DNA of 64,000 nucleotides from Alphaproteobacteria bacterium CG11_big_fil_rev_8_21_14_0_20_39_49 (GCA_002787635.1 PCXK01000001.1:4980-68979), one strand, 5' to 3'; positions 38,261 to 48,959 are shown, counted from the stretch's first letter. Notes: generated by a model from the sequence alone, not told the origin. Numbers and translations: made by a program.

Positions 38261-38836
38261 ATGCCAAAGCTAATTCTTGCATCGGCATCACCGAGGCGTA
38301 AGGATTTATTACAACAGGTTAATATTATACCCGATATTATTGAGCCTTCGAATATTGACGAGTCCCCATTGCAAAATGAAATACCCAAGCAATATGCGTT
38401 ACGTATAGCAATCGGGAAAGCAAAAGAAGTTTCACAAAAATATCAAGATGATTTTGTATTGAGTGCTGATACGGTGGTTGCGTGCGGAAGAAGGATTTTG
38501 CCAAAAGCGGAAAATGACGGTCAGGTTGCACAGTGCCTTAAATTGTTATCAGGACGGCAACATACCGTTATAAGCTGTGTTTGCCTTATATCACCTGAAG
38601 GTAAGTTGTCAAATAAAGTCATCGAAACAAAAGTTAAGTTTAAAAGACTCGGTGCAAAAGAGATAAACGGATATATCGAAAGCAAGGAAGGTATCGGTAA
38701 AGCAGGTGGCTATGCGATACAGGGTATAGCAGGGGGTTTTGTTAAATCACTAAACGGCTCTTACTCATCTGTTGTAGGTCTGCCTTTATACGAAACGCTT
38801 TCAATGCTGGAAGGAACGGGGTACAAAAATGCCTAA
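38261..38836 (+). CDS. maf: Maf-family nucleoside triphosphate pyrophosphatase
   Basis: 191-aa ORF with [20 protein letters not shown] and GAYGIQG-like (GGYAIQG) motifs. Confidence 0.85.
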   Translation: MPKLILASASPRRKDLLQQVNIIPDIIEPSNIDESPLQNEIPKQYALRIAIGKAKEVSQKYQDDFVLSADTVVACGRRILPKAENDGQVAQCLKLLSGRQHTVISCVCLISPEGKLSNKVIETKVKFKRLGAKEINGYIESKEGIGKAGGYAIQGIAGGFVKSLNGSYSSVVGLPLYETLSMLEGTGYKNA

Positions 38837-38987
38837 ATGTCCTATATGCAAAAAACCATCGGCGGAAAAATACAAGCCATTCTGTTCAAAACGCTGTGCC
38901 GATGTTGATCTGGGTAAGTGGTTAAATGAATCTTATGCAGTAGAAGACGATGAACCCGTGTTAGATGATGAATCTTTAGAAAGTTAG
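38829..38987 (+). CDS. yacG: DNA gyrase inhibitor YacG (zinc-finger)
   Basis: My own translation (52 aa, below the track cutoff): [52 protein letters not shown]. It has the CPxC...FCSxRC zinc ribbon followed by DLGxW. It overlaps the maf stop by 8 nt. Confidence 0.75.
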   Translation: MPKCPICKKPSAEKYKPFCSKRCADVDLGKWLNESYAVEDDEPVLDDESLES

Positions 38988-39020
38988 TTTGTAACCCCAA
39001 TGGATAATAGTTTTAATATA

Positions 39021-39228
39021 CTGTAGGAACCTTTGCAAAAGGTTATAAATTACAAATTTAAGTCCTTTTTGTCCCCTCTCCCGTGTGCGGGTGAGGGTTA
39101 GGGAGGGGACGACACATGCAAGGTATAACAAACACTTGCGAGTTTCTACCCCTCACAAAAACACTTTGAGTTTTTAACTCTCCCTCAAGGGGAGAGTAGT
39201 TTTTTAAATTTTGCAGAGGTTCCTATAG
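39021..39228 (+). mobile_element. ~210-bp MITE-like repeat, copy B
   Basis: 20-bp terminal inverted repeats CTGTAGGAACCTTTGCAAAA / TTTTGCAGAGGTTCCTATAG (2 mismatches). The interior aligns to copies A and C. Confidence 0.85.
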
Positions 39229-39346
39229 GAACTTTGAATTTAATATATTTTAAAATATTATATATATAATTAATAAACGGTTGATACACTATAATTGTTT
39301 GTATTATAATTTATGTGTTAAAAAGGTAATTTATAGGGGGAGTGTT

Positions 39347-40525
39347 ATGGTTGATGATGATTTGCCGCCGGCATTGAGGCGAGGTCCGAAGATGTTGCAG
39401 AAGAATCTTAATTCTCCGTATGGCTCTACAAAACCGGCAACTACCAAACAGAAGCCATCACCCGCTGAATCAAGAACAACGCCTGATACCGCTTCTTCTG
39501 TGAAAGATAATTCGGTTCATCTTACTCCGGCTCAGATAGCCCAGAAAATGATGGAGGAAGAGGCTGCAAAGGGCAGGGGCGGTTCTTATGAAAACACAGG
39601 TGGTCAAGGCGATTCGGAGCATCACCCTAAACCTGCCGAGATAGCTCAAAAAATGATGGAGGAGAAGGAAGCCACTGTTAGTAAATCAGGTTCAGGGGAC
39701 GATACTATAGCAAGGGGAGTTTCAACTCCACCTCTTAGAGAGAATGCACAAAATAATACCGTATCGAATGCAGCTAATAATTTTAGGGATTTTGATTATG
39801 TAGTACATAATCATGATACTCAATTTGTTGAAATTATCCTAAAGCCAAGTCGAGAACTAATATATCAGAAAGATACCATTATGACATTTGATAACGGTAT
39901 TGAGTTTGCTACCGAAGTTAGTTCCCATAAAATGGCTCCGCAGGGATTGATAGGTAAGATGGTAAGTACCGGCATGGCAATGGCATCTCATAGCAAAGTT
40001 ATTGTAAAAAAATGTAAAAACACCTCGTTTAAACCCAAGCACGTATTATTTTCCGGTAATTTTCCGGGCAATATAGCGGTCATCAATTTAGGTCAATACC
40101 GTAGCATTCTTTGTAGGGAGAATACTCTTTTATGTGCCTCTGCATCTGTAATATTTACTAAAGCTGATTCCAAGGAAAACGGTGAGTGTAAAAAAGTTGA
40201 CGGTTTAAAGCTGTTAAAACTGGAAGGGGACGGTCTTGTGTTTTTATGGTTCGGTGGCGGTGTTTATAAAAGAACGCTTGCTCAGGGAGAAACGATAAAC
40301 GCTTTCCAGACATATGTTATGGCAAGACAGTCAACGGTGAATATAACACTGAGTACCTTAATAGAAAGCGGTTTTGCAAAAATTATTGAAAGCTATACGG
40401 GTCCGGGAGATATATGGATACAATCTAATTCATTGGGTAATTTTAAAGATAAGATAGTTTCAAGTACAATGCTGGCAGCTAAAAATTTAGTGGCTAGTGA
40501 AAAAAAGAAAGATAAGAAAAAGTAG
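39347..40525 (+). CDS. hypothetical protein: disordered N-terminus with tandem repeat + AIM24/DUF124-like C-terminal domain
   Basis: Start chosen at ATG 39347 (AGGGGGA upstream). Repeats PAQIAQKMMEEE / PAEIAQKMMEEKE. The C-terminal ~230 aa (FVEIILKPSRELIYQKDTIMTF...GDGLVFLWFGGGVYKRTLAQGETI...) resemble the AIM24 family by eye. Confidence 0.4.
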   Translation: MVDDDLPPALRRGPKMLQKNLNSPYGSTKPATTKQKPSPAESRTTPDTASSVKDNSVHLTPAQIAQKMMEEEAAKGRGGSYENTGGQGDSEHHPKPAEIAQKMMEEKEATVSKSGSGDDTIARGVSTPPLRENAQNNTVSNAANNFRDFDYVVHNHDTQFVEIILKPSRELIYQKDTIMTFDNGIEFATEVSSHKMAPQGLIGKMVSTGMAMASHSKVIVKKCKNTSFKPKHVLFSGNFPGNIAVINLGQYRSILCRENTLLCASASVIFTKADSKENGECKKVDGLKLLKLEGDGLVFLWFGGGVYKRTLAQGETINAFQTYVMARQSTVNITLSTLIESGFAKIIESYTGPGDIWIQSNSLGNFKDKIVSSTMLAAKNLVASEKKKDKKK

Positions 40526-40534
40526 AAGCGTTGT

Positions 40535-41206
40535 TTAAAGCGGAATTATAAAATAAAAATCAGTACCGCTGCTTCCGTCAGATTCAAACCATATTTTGCC
40601 GTTATGGTTCTCAATTATTTTTTTACAAAATGCAAGACCGGTTCCATAGCCTGATTTGCCGTGTTCTTCATCTAATTTCTGGAAAAGGGCGAAGACGTAC
40701 TTTCTGTAAAAATGTTCAATGCCTATTCCGTTATCACAGAACTTGAACTGTTGGAATTTACCTTGCTTTTTACAGCTTATATGTAATTTGGGTTCATTGC
40801 TGTCATTGTAGCATACGGAGTTTTTTATAAGTGATGAAAAAACAATCTTTAAATGCGGTTTGAAAGCCTTTATTTCCGGTAGTTTATCATTTGTAATCGT
40901 TGCGTTATGTTCTTTTACATATAAGGACAGTTCATCGAGGGATTCACGCAATACTTCGTTGCAGTCAACTTTTGACAATGTGTTGTTGAATTTTAACAGG
41001 TGAGAATATTCCCGAAGTAAGGTTATCATTTCAATTACCTTTGTTATAGACTCTTTTGCACTTTGTATATCCTGTTTTTCCTCTAAGTCCGATAATGCCT
41101 GACGTAACGGATCTTTTATGTCATGGGAAGCTATATGTGCCATTAGCTCTATGTCGTCGGAAAGTGATTCTATTTTTGATTTATAATAAGAAATATTGTC
41201 ATTCAT
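40535..41206 (-). CDS. cytoplasmic histidine kinase core (no sensor domain)
   Basis: 223-aa ORF. H-box ASHDIKDPLRQ, and HATPase boxes CDNGIGI and GYGTGLAFCKKI. Confidence 0.7.
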   Translation of the reverse strand: MNDNISYYKSKIESLSDDIELMAHIASHDIKDPLRQALSDLEEKQDIQSAKESITKVIEMITLLREYSHLLKFNNTLSKVDCNEVLRESLDELSLYVKEHNATITNDKLPEIKAFKPHLKIVFSSLIKNSVCYNDSNEPKLHISCKKQGKFQQFKFCDNGIGIEHFYRKYVFALFQKLDEEHGKSGYGTGLAFCKKIIENHNGKIWFESDGSSGTDFYFIIPL

Positions 41207-41214
41207 AATTTTTT

Positions 41215-42114
41215 TTATTTTAAATTATCTTCAATATATTTGCGTATTATATCTTTAACTTTATATATTTTGGCAGGCTTGGTTATATAGTCGTCCATAT
41301 CCGATTGCAGCCATAGCTTATCTTCTATCTCATCACTATATTCGGGCATTCCTATTATAAGTGACCTTTTTAGTTTATTTTCCTTTTCGTATTTACGGAT
41401 TATTTTGGTAGCCGTATAGCCGCTTATATCGTCCATCGCAGAATCCATGAATATAATATTGAAATTACCTTGCTTATATATGTCTACGGCTTCCTCACCG
41501 TTATTTGCGGTTTTTATATTGCAACCCATTTTAGCAAACACGTTTTTAGCCTTGAACCTGTTGGAGGGATAGTCATCAACAAATAATATGGATAAATTAG
41601 AAATTTGTTCCCTTACCATATCTTCGTAAAGCTTTAATTTATGTTCCTCTATTTTTTTGTTATTCTCAATTTCCTGCTCTTCAAAAAACTCTTTAGTGTT
41701 TTCTCTGTGGAAACGTTCATTTTCTGATTTTTTTTCAAGCTCTGTTTTGAACGTTTTGTACATATCCATGCAGTCAAGTACCTTTTTATATGTAAAAGGT
41801 TTTGATATGTAACCTTTTGCACCCAATCTTTTCGCCTGTTCAACATCTTTTTTTATGTTGCTTTTTGTAAGCATTACTATAAATGCCTCAGGGTTATAAG
41901 CTACCATCTCAGGTAAGATATCCAGACCGCTCTTGTCGGGTAATCCGATATCAAGAAGTGTTATATCGGGGATTTGCTCCTTGAACTTGGTCAGGCCCTC
42001 GTTTGCATCTTTAGCCGTTATTCTGTCCGTATTCTCAAAAACATCAAATGCCAGATCCCTGAACATCTTGTTATCTTCTATAATTAAAACGGTAGGATCT
42101 TTTTCCTTTGTCAT
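41215..42114 (-). CDS. response regulator with two receiver domains
   Basis: 299-aa ORF. REC1 is VLIIEDNKMF...ITLLDIGLPDKSG...ISKPF. REC2 is ILFVDDYPSN...IIFMDSAMDDISG...ITKPA. Confidence 0.75.
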   Translation of the reverse strand: MTKEKDPTVLIIEDNKMFRDLAFDVFENTDRITAKDANEGLTKFKEQIPDITLLDIGLPDKSGLDILPEMVAYNPEAFIVMLTKSNIKKDVEQAKRLGAKGYISKPFTYKKVLDCMDMYKTFKTELEKKSENERFHRENTKEFFEEQEIENNKKIEEHKLKLYEDMVREQISNLSILFVDDYPSNRFKAKNVFAKMGCNIKTANNGEEAVDIYKQGNFNIIFMDSAMDDISGYTATKIIRKYEKENKLKRSLIIGMPEYSDEIEDKLWLQSDMDDYITKPAKIYKVKDIIRKYIEDNLK

Positions 42115-42512
42115 TTTTTATCCCTGATATATTTAATTAACATATCTTCTATATTTTTCCCCTTTATGGGTTTGCTTATATAATCATCCATGCCTGCATC
42201 AAGGCACTTTTCCTTATCGCCTGCCATAGCGTTTGCCGTTATTGCTATTATTACGGTTTTGGAGTTCCCGTTACCGGATTTACGTATTTCCTTTGTTGCT
42301 TTGTAACCGTCCATATTGGGCATCTGGACATCCATGAAAATTACGTCATATTCATTATCGTTACATAATTTTACGGCTTGTATGCCGTCTTCAGCGGAAT
42401 CAACCATACACTCCATCATTTCGAGCATTTCCTGAGTAAGCTCAAGATTGATAGGATAATCATCTGCTACCAGCACTTTTATACCGGGAAATTTTTCATT
42501 AATTTTTTGCAT
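42111..42512 (-). CDS. single-domain response regulator (receiver)
   Basis: 133-aa ORF: VLVADDYPINLEL...DVIFMDVQMPNMDGY...ITANA...ISKPI. Confidence 0.85.
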   Translation of the reverse strand: MQKINEKFPGIKVLVADDYPINLELTQEMLEMMECMVDSAEDGIQAVKLCNDNEYDVIFMDVQMPNMDGYKATKEIRKSGNGNSKTVIIAITANAMAGDKEKCLDAGMDDYISKPIKGKNIEDMLIKYIRDKK

Positions 42513-44004
42513 ATGCCTTCTCCTTTTGAGGATTAGTTGAATTTTTGGTTTTTACAATATTCATCGGTATCTTAAACCAGAACAGCGAACCCTTGCCTAA
42601 ACGGCTCTTTACACCTATCTGCCCTCCCATAAGCTCTACAAGCTGTTTACATATGGCTAGTCCAAGACCCGTACCGCCGAATTTACGTGTTGTAGATGCG
42701 TCTGCCTGAGCGAACTTATCAAAAATATTCTTCTGCTTTTTAGCCGAAATACCTACGCCTGTATCCTTTACTTCAAATAGCAATGTTTCTTTTGTCGTTA
42801 AAGTGCGTTTCTTTGTTATGGTAAGGGTTACGGAGCCTTTTTCGGTGAATTTAAGGGAGTTGCCTATCAGGTTGGTTATTATCTGCCTTAATCTGGTCGG
42901 ATCGCCCATATAATCGTTCACGATGTTTTTCGGATAATTTACTTTTAGCTTTATGCCTTTTTCATCATATAACGGCTGGAACATATTTTCACAGTTTTTG
43001 ACAAGTTCCGTTAAATTGAATCTGGCATGTTCAAGTTTGAGTGCATTTGCCTCAATTTTGGAGAAATCAAGTATATCATTGATAATTTCAAGCAAAGTCT
43101 CGCCCGAATTATATATTTGGTTTGCATAACGTTCCTGTTTTGCATTTAATTGAGTGTTTAGCATTAGTTCCGTCAAGCCTATTATGCCGTTGAGCGGTGT
43201 TCTTATTTCGTGGCTCATATTGGCAAGAAATATGGTCTTTGCGTAGTTGGCACGCTCCGCTTCCAGTCGTGCTTTTTGGGTTTCATAATTTGCCCATTCA
43301 AGCTTTTCGGTGTATTTGTGGAAAGCTCTGCCTTGCATTCTTTTATCTGAAATATCGTAAATAATCGCCACATATTCTTTTTTCTCGGAGGTTTTGGCTT
43401 CATTTACGGTCATATCAATAGGGAACTTGCGTCCGTTTTTTTTCTTTGCGAATATTTTTTTCAGGGTGTTTTTGTCTATAACACCCTGTTCTTCATTATA
43501 TATATTTGGTATGAGGAAATTTATGTCCTGACCTATAACTTCGTCCTTCTTGTAGCCGAACATGTTTTCGGAAGCCGGATTGAATATGTTTATTATCCCT
43601 TTTTCGTCAGTTCTTATGACCCCTTCTACAACGCTATCTAATACCATCTGCGATTCGCTTTCGTTTAGCTTTATCCTCTGCCTGTCTTTTTTTCGTTTAT
43701 CTATCTGCTTCTGCATTTGCTTGGACAGGTTTTGTTCTTCCATGATGAGCCTTCTTATCATGCGTTTTGAGATATTAAGTTCGGTTCTTATCTGCTCTTT
43801 TTCATTCTCAAGACGGATATATATAAAGATGACATATGATGAAAAGCACATCGGGATTGTGGTCAGAACCCATAAGAAAGGGTGATAACTTGTATTAAAT
43901 ATAAGTATTAAAGTGGTTGTTATCAGGCAGGTAACCGATATCATAACGGCAAGAATGCCATTTCTCGATAATGTTGAAATGTCGCTTATGTATAGTTTGC
44001 CCAT
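42499..44004 (-). CDS. membrane PAS-domain sensor histidine kinase
   Basis: 501-aa ORF. Two N-terminal TM helices, a coiled linker and a PAS-like region ([34 protein letters not shown]). H-box [14 protein letters not shown], plus [10 protein letters not shown]. Confidence 0.8.
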   Translation of the reverse strand: MGKLYISDISTLSRNGILAVMISVTCLITTTLILIFNTSYHPFLWVLTTIPMCFSSYVIFIYIRLENEKEQIRTELNISKRMIRRLIMEEQNLSKQMQKQIDKRKKDRQRIKLNESESQMVLDSVVEGVIRTDEKGIINIFNPASENMFGYKKDEVIGQDINFLIPNIYNEEQGVIDKNTLKKIFAKKKNGRKFPIDMTVNEAKTSEKKEYVAIIYDISDKRMQGRAFHKYTEKLEWANYETQKARLEAERANYAKTIFLANMSHEIRTPLNGIIGLTELMLNTQLNAKQERYANQIYNSGETLLEIINDILDFSKIEANALKLEHARFNLTELVKNCENMFQPLYDEKGIKLKVNYPKNIVNDYMGDPTRLRQIITNLIGNSLKFTEKGSVTLTITKKRTLTTKETLLFEVKDTGVGISAKKQKNIFDKFAQADASTTRKFGGTGLGLAICKQLVELMGGQIGVKSRLGKGSLFWFKIPMNIVKTKNSTNPQKEKAYAKN

Positions 44005-44082
44005 TTTAATAAAATATCTCCTAACGGAATATTATAAAATAGGCTTATTAATATATTATTAATTTTGTATATTGTTATTCAA

Positions 44083-45828
44083 CTAATCATTGATACTTCT
44101 GCATAGTTTGTCATATATCTGAAGTTTACCATCACTTAACCTGTAAACCTCATCGGTTATTGAAATAAGTTTCGGTTGGTGCGATATGGCTATTATCGTT
44201 ACTTCCTCGGATATTTCCTTTAAAGTGTTGCATATTTTTTCCTCGGTTTGAGGGTCTAGAGCCGTAGTTGCCTCATCTAAAACCAGAACCTGAGGATTGT
44301 TGTACAATGCCCTTGCTATTCCTATTCTTTGACGCTGTCCGCCTGATAATTTCGTACCCTGTTCGCCTACCGTCGTATCCAAACCTTCGGGCAATGACCT
44401 GACCTTATCGGCAAGCTGGGCTTTATCTAAACAGTTCCATATCAACTCATCGTCTATCTCTTCATCTGCTACACCTAGTGCGACATTACGTCTTATCGTA
44501 TCATCGGTAAGATATACGGCTTGCGGCATATAGCTGATATGTTTGTGCCATTGTTTCAGGTTTTTAGATATATTAACTCCGTCCACTAAAACCGAACCTT
44601 GATTGACGGGAAGCAACCCTAGTATTATGTCAACTAAAGTTGATTTCCCCTCACCCGACGGACCTATAATACCGATGGAAGAACCCTTTTTTACGGTAAG
44701 GCTAAGACCGTCAATCACATTGCGGTTTGTATCCGGATAAGCAAATGAGATGTTATCCAGCTTTATCTCACTTGCGAATTTTATGGTTTTGTCTGATGCG
44801 GTTGAATTGTCATAATCTTTAGCCGTCAGGTCGTCATGCAGGTTGTTCAGTGTTTTTAAATAATAACGTACCTTGGTAGCAGATGATGTTATCCTGTTTA
44901 TAGAAGGCATTAACCTAAATGCAGCCATAGCGAAAAGCGATAGGGTAGGAATAAAATTACCGCCCTCATTTATCAATATAACCATGATTATAACCAGCAT
45001 AATTACACCGAAGCTTTCGATTATTACACGGGGTAGTTGTATTACGGTTTCATAAAAAGTCTGCGTCTTTATCATTTGTGACGCATGGTCTTTGAAGCTG
45101 TCTTCAAAGAACTTTTTACGCCCTAAAACGGTTATTTCCTTCATGCTGCCTAGGCTTTGGGTTACCCACTGTATCATCTTTTGGCGGTGATACCGGCGTG
45201 ATTCGCCTAAGCTCTTTAAAGGATTTCTTAAAATAATATAGAATATGCTTGCCGAAAGTAAAATTACGCCGACGGCACAAAGGGTTGCTAAAGGGGCAAT
45301 ATATAGCAGCAATGCCATGATGCATATAGTTACCAAAGCATCGGATAATATGAAGAATATAGGCTTTATAAGCCCTGCAAACAGCAATGTTGACTCTATG
45401 GTTATGTTATTTACCAATTCGGCGGTATTGCGTTCTACATAGCGTAAATATGGCATTGAGAGGTATTTTTTGAGTAGGTTTACCCCTACATTTGCCTCGG
45501 ATTTAGCTAAGAATACACTTTGCCGGTAAATTATAAAGCCTAAGAATATATTTTTAGCCAGATAAAATAAAATTAAACCACCGCTGCATATCAACATGAA
45601 CTGTTTATATGATTCGGCTCCCGACATGGCATATATTCGAGCGGCAAATTCGTTGTTATGAACAATTTCAGGTTTATCAAGCAACGCAATGAAAGGCATT
45701 ATCAGCCCGACACCTGCCATTTCCAGTATGGCAGCTATAACCATGGATAGGAATAATAAAAATAACCCGAATTTTTCCTTTGAAGAAAAAACATCTAATG
45801 TTTTTGATAAGGTGCTTTGTTTCTTCAT
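44083..45828 (-). CDS. ABC transporter, fused permease/ATPase (MsbA/PglK-like lipid-linked glycan exporter)
   Basis: 581-aa ORF. N-terminal 6-TM domain, Walker A GPSGEGKST, signature LSGGQRQRIGIARAL and Walker B VLVLDEATTALD. Located in a glycan locus. Confidence 0.8.
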   Translation of the reverse strand: MKKQSTLSKTLDVFSSKEKFGLFLLFLSMVIAAILEMAGVGLIMPFIALLDKPEIVHNNEFAARIYAMSGAESYKQFMLICSGGLILFYLAKNIFLGFIIYRQSVFLAKSEANVGVNLLKKYLSMPYLRYVERNTAELVNNITIESTLLFAGLIKPIFFILSDALVTICIMALLLYIAPLATLCAVGVILLSASIFYIILRNPLKSLGESRRYHRQKMIQWVTQSLGSMKEITVLGRKKFFEDSFKDHASQMIKTQTFYETVIQLPRVIIESFGVIMLVIIMVILINEGGNFIPTLSLFAMAAFRLMPSINRITSSATKVRYYLKTLNNLHDDLTAKDYDNSTASDKTIKFASEIKLDNISFAYPDTNRNVIDGLSLTVKKGSSIGIIGPSGEGKSTLVDIILGLLPVNQGSVLVDGVNISKNLKQWHKHISYMPQAVYLTDDTIRRNVALGVADEEIDDELIWNCLDKAQLADKVRSLPEGLDTTVGEQGTKLSGGQRQRIGIARALYNNPQVLVLDEATTALDPQTEEKICNTLKEISEEVTIIAISHQPKLISITDEVYRLSDGKLQIYDKLCRSIND

Positions 45829-45845
45829 TAATCCTTTATCCTAGC

Positions 45846-46715
45846 CTAGCCGGGTATTTTGAAAGGAGTATCTGATGATTCCAACCTGAATTCCAGAATG
45901 TCCCTATAATTCCCTTTGATCGGAACACCCGCTCTATGCAGACATTGAGTGACATTTACGAAGCCTGCCGTACCTGATTTTCCGGTAAGTTTGTTTAAAT
46001 ACCTACTATCCTCAAGTTCGGAACAAGGCATATTATAATTAAATCTGTCCCGATATCCTTTTTTAAGAATTTCTGATGTGCGTTCTTTATTAAGGAAATG
46101 AAGTGGTCCATGATCATCGGTAACATCTGATAGTACAAGAAAGAATTTCAATGTATCGGTAGGGTGTCCGTCAACATGCCAAAGAATTGAGTATGGTTGT
46201 AGCGGGTATATCTCATCAAGATGTTCTTGCGATATATGACGTGTTTGCCACATTTCACAAGAATGAAGACGGAAATGTGATTGGTAATATTGCTCTACAA
46301 AGCCGATGAATTCATCAGTGAAAAGCTTATAACCGCTAGGAACCGATTCTAGTGCGTTTATTATACGTGAACGATATGTTCCATCTTCTTCCGGAACAAT
46401 TTGGGCATACTGATTGCTAAACTCACTATGTTTAGGGGCGTGTATGACTTTATTATATTCAGCGTATATTTCGTCAATTATTTCTTTTTTAAAACCGTAC
46501 GGATATATTCCGCATCCATCATTAACGAGTTGTTTTGCCTCTTCAGATTGACTTATGTTCGCATTACATGCTTTTTTATTATTGTTCCAACGGTGACTGC
46601 CAATTAAATTGTCACTCAAATTTGCTATATTGCCATACACTTTTTGACCTATTTTGCGGTTTATAGGGGTTACAATCTTGCCCGGTAGTCTTCTTATAAA
46701 AGAACGTTGTTGCAT
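45846..46715 (-). CDS. hypothetical protein, possible PhyH-type Fe(II)/2-oxoglutarate dioxygenase
   Basis: 289-aa ORF. WHVDGH (HxD) and a downstream CLHRAG histidine are compatible with the 2-His-1-carboxylate facial triad. The call is weak. Confidence 0.35.
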   Translation of the reverse strand: MQQRSFIRRLPGKIVTPINRKIGQKVYGNIANLSDNLIGSHRWNNNKKACNANISQSEEAKQLVNDGCGIYPYGFKKEIIDEIYAEYNKVIHAPKHSEFSNQYAQIVPEEDGTYRSRIINALESVPSGYKLFTDEFIGFVEQYYQSHFRLHSCEMWQTRHISQEHLDEIYPLQPYSILWHVDGHPTDTLKFFLVLSDVTDDHGPLHFLNKERTSEILKKGYRDRFNYNMPCSELEDSRYLNKLTGKSGTAGFVNVTQCLHRAGVPIKGNYRDILEFRLESSDTPFKIPG

Positions 46716-46730
46716 AGGTTCGTACCTGTT

Positions 46731-47537
46731 TTATTTTATAGAAAATACTGTAATCATATCACAAAACTGCTTTTGGTCTTCAACGTCCTGACAAAAATAT
46801 ACATGCTTTATGTTATCACCAAATGGTTCCATCATATGTTTGGCATTTCTGAACTTATCGTCAGTTCCTGTCAGATATCCCATCTGTGCTTGTATCTCTT
46901 CATCGGTTTTAGGGTCATATGAAGCACCGACTGCAATTATAGCTCCGGACTTTGCTACACGCATTATTTCTTTTGCGGCTTTTACTCTGTCATTACTATA
47001 TGCCATTACCCATCCTAAGAAAATAACATCAAAGCTATTAGCTTCATAAGGCATATTATGCATGTCGCCCAAATCAACTTTAGGTGAATATGAAATTAGA
47101 TCCAGACCTCGGATATTTTTTGATTTAAAGCCGTAACCCATTAAATTAAACAATTCTCCCTCGGTGCGGGGACCTACGGTAAGTACCTTACAATTGTCGA
47201 TATTCTTGATAACCTTATCAATTGCAATCACAGGTCTGATAAGTAAGTGAGAACGGTTTACAGCTACATCTTTCTGACCTTTAAGATTATGCATTATCGT
47301 ATTTTTACCGACACCTTCGTCCAAATTTTCAAGGCTTCGGGTATTTCTCATTATGTTGATAAAAAATAATTTCCTAAAATAACAGATAAAAAATCTTGTT
47401 ATATCGACTGTTAGGAGTTGTCTGGGCATTCTATATATTCCGGTCAGGAAAAAAAATAATGAACCGGGTAAATTACTTCTGAATTTCTCTATAGTTGTTC
47501 TTTGCATAGTATTATTAACCGGAGTTTCTTGGATCAA
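46731..47537 (-). CDS. class I SAM-dependent methyltransferase
   Basis: 268-aa ORF. VLTVGPRTEGE (motif I-like), FDVIFLGWVMAYS and GAIIAVG. The start may be the Met at 47507. Confidence 0.55.
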   Translation of the reverse strand: MIQETPVNNTMQRTTIEKFRSNLPGSLFFFLTGIYRMPRQLLTVDITRFFICYFRKLFFINIMRNTRSLENLDEGVGKNTIMHNLKGQKDVAVNRSHLLIRPVIAIDKVIKNIDNCKVLTVGPRTEGELFNLMGYGFKSKNIRGLDLISYSPKVDLGDMHNMPYEANSFDVIFLGWVMAYSNDRVKAAKEIMRVAKSGAIIAVGASYDPKTDEEIQAQMGYLTGTDDKFRNAKHMMEPFGDNIKHVYFCQDVEDQKQFCDMITVFSIK

Positions 47538-48336
47538 CTTTTTTCAATATCCTTGTCATACACCTTTTAATAGGTTTTGGCAATATACCTTTTACAAGCG
47601 GAACGGCTACCCCGATATAAGCAATAGGAGGTGCTTTTACCTGCGTGCAGCCCCTCCAACCTATTTTCACTTGTGTAATAAGTGCCGGAAGATTGTTCTT
47701 TTTGAAATACTCATCGGCAAAACGGTATTTTAACAAAGGTTCGGGAATATTTGCGAACTTTAAACCGTGCTTGGTGCATCTAAACCATAAGGCATAATCC
47801 TGCCGCCTTTTTTCACTGCCGTATGAACCTGCTTTTAACAGGGAATCTTTTTTCATAAAAGCCGTAGGGTGGATTATGGGGCATGTCCATATATATTTTA
47901 CGATTTCTTCATGCGATACGGGCATTTTGCGTATGCCTATATCATTGCCCTGTGCATTTATGTCGGTGGCAAAACTTCCTATTATATCTATATCGGGATT
48001 GGCAATTGCAAAGTCATATTGTGTTTGCAGACGGTGGAGAAAGGCTATATCGTCAGAATCCATACGGGCGATATAATCCCCTTTAGCCAGCTTAACCCCT
48101 TTTTTTAAATTTGCACCTAAGCCTTTATTTTCAGTGTTTTTAATCAGCTTGATGCGACTATCTTTTTTTGCATATGCTTCCAAGATTTCCGCAGAAGCAT
48201 CACTTGAGCAATCATCGATAATCAGGAACTCAAAGTCTTTGAAAGTTTGGTTCAAGATACTGTTCAAAGCATCTTCCAAATATGGAAGACCGTTATAAAC
48301 ACTCATTAATATTGTGATTTTAGGGGGCATTAACAA
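47515..48336 (-). CDS. family 2 glycosyltransferase
   Basis: 273-aa ORF. ITILMSVYNGLPYLEDALNSILNQTFKDFEFLIIDDCSSD, plus a DSDD (DxD) motif. Confidence 0.85.
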   Translation of the reverse strand: MLMPPKITILMSVYNGLPYLEDALNSILNQTFKDFEFLIIDDCSSDASAEILEAYAKKDSRIKLIKNTENKGLGANLKKGVKLAKGDYIARMDSDDIAFLHRLQTQYDFAIANPDIDIIGSFATDINAQGNDIGIRKMPVSHEEIVKYIWTCPIIHPTAFMKKDSLLKAGSYGSEKRRQDYALWFRCTKHGLKFANIPEPLLKYRFADEYFKKNNLPALITQVKIGWRGCTQVKAPPIAYIGVAVPLVKGILPKPIKRCMTRILKKVDPRNSG

Positions 48337-48959
48337 ACAACCGCCTTTAAAGTTTTGAATATAATTTTTATATCATACATAAATGATTGCTTTTCAACAT
48401 ATTCACGGCAATATTTCAATTTTTCGGGTAATATTTTTTCTATATATGCTTTTTCAGGGGCGGATTCACCGGCTAAAATATCGTTTTCATTTTTATATTC
48501 AATTGAGGCAAGGTCGGTTATGCCCGGTCGTACCGAGAAAATAATATTACGGTTTTCAGATGAGTAATGCTTAACATATTTAGGCACTTCGGGGCGAGGA
48601 CCCACAAGGCTCATCTCGCCCTTTAAGACGTTGATTAGTTGCGGAAGTTCATCAATTTTATATTTGCGTAAAAAAGCCCCTACCTTTGTAATGCGGCTAT
48701 CACCTCCTGTCGTTATTTGTAGTGAGCCTTTTTTCTGATGAACTGACATAGTACGGAACTTGAATATTCTAAACGGTTTTTCACCCCTGCCGACACGTAC
48801 CTGACGAAAAAACACTTCCCCCTTGGAATCCGTCTTTATTAATACGGCAATAATTATAAATACGGGGCTTAATATTATAAGTCCTATAAAAGATGCGATA
48901 AGGTCGAATAGTCTTTTCATTTTTGCATTAATAATTTTTTGTTTACATATGTTTGTCAT
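48330..48959 (-). CDS. small monotopic phosphoglycosyl transferase (PglC/WbaP C-terminal type, 'bacterial sugar transferase')
   Basis: 209-aa ORF: [28 protein letters not shown]...[22 protein letters not shown]...[21 protein letters not shown]. Confidence 0.85.
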   Translation of the reverse strand: MTNICKQKIINAKMKRLFDLIASFIGLIILSPVFIIIAVLIKTDSKGEVFFRQVRVGRGEKPFRIFKFRTMSVHQKKGSLQITTGGDSRITKVGAFLRKYKIDELPQLINVLKGEMSLVGPRPEVPKYVKHYSSENRNIIFSVRPGITDLASIEYKNENDILAGESAPEKAYIEKILPEKLKYCREYVEKQSFMYDIKIIFKTLKAVVC

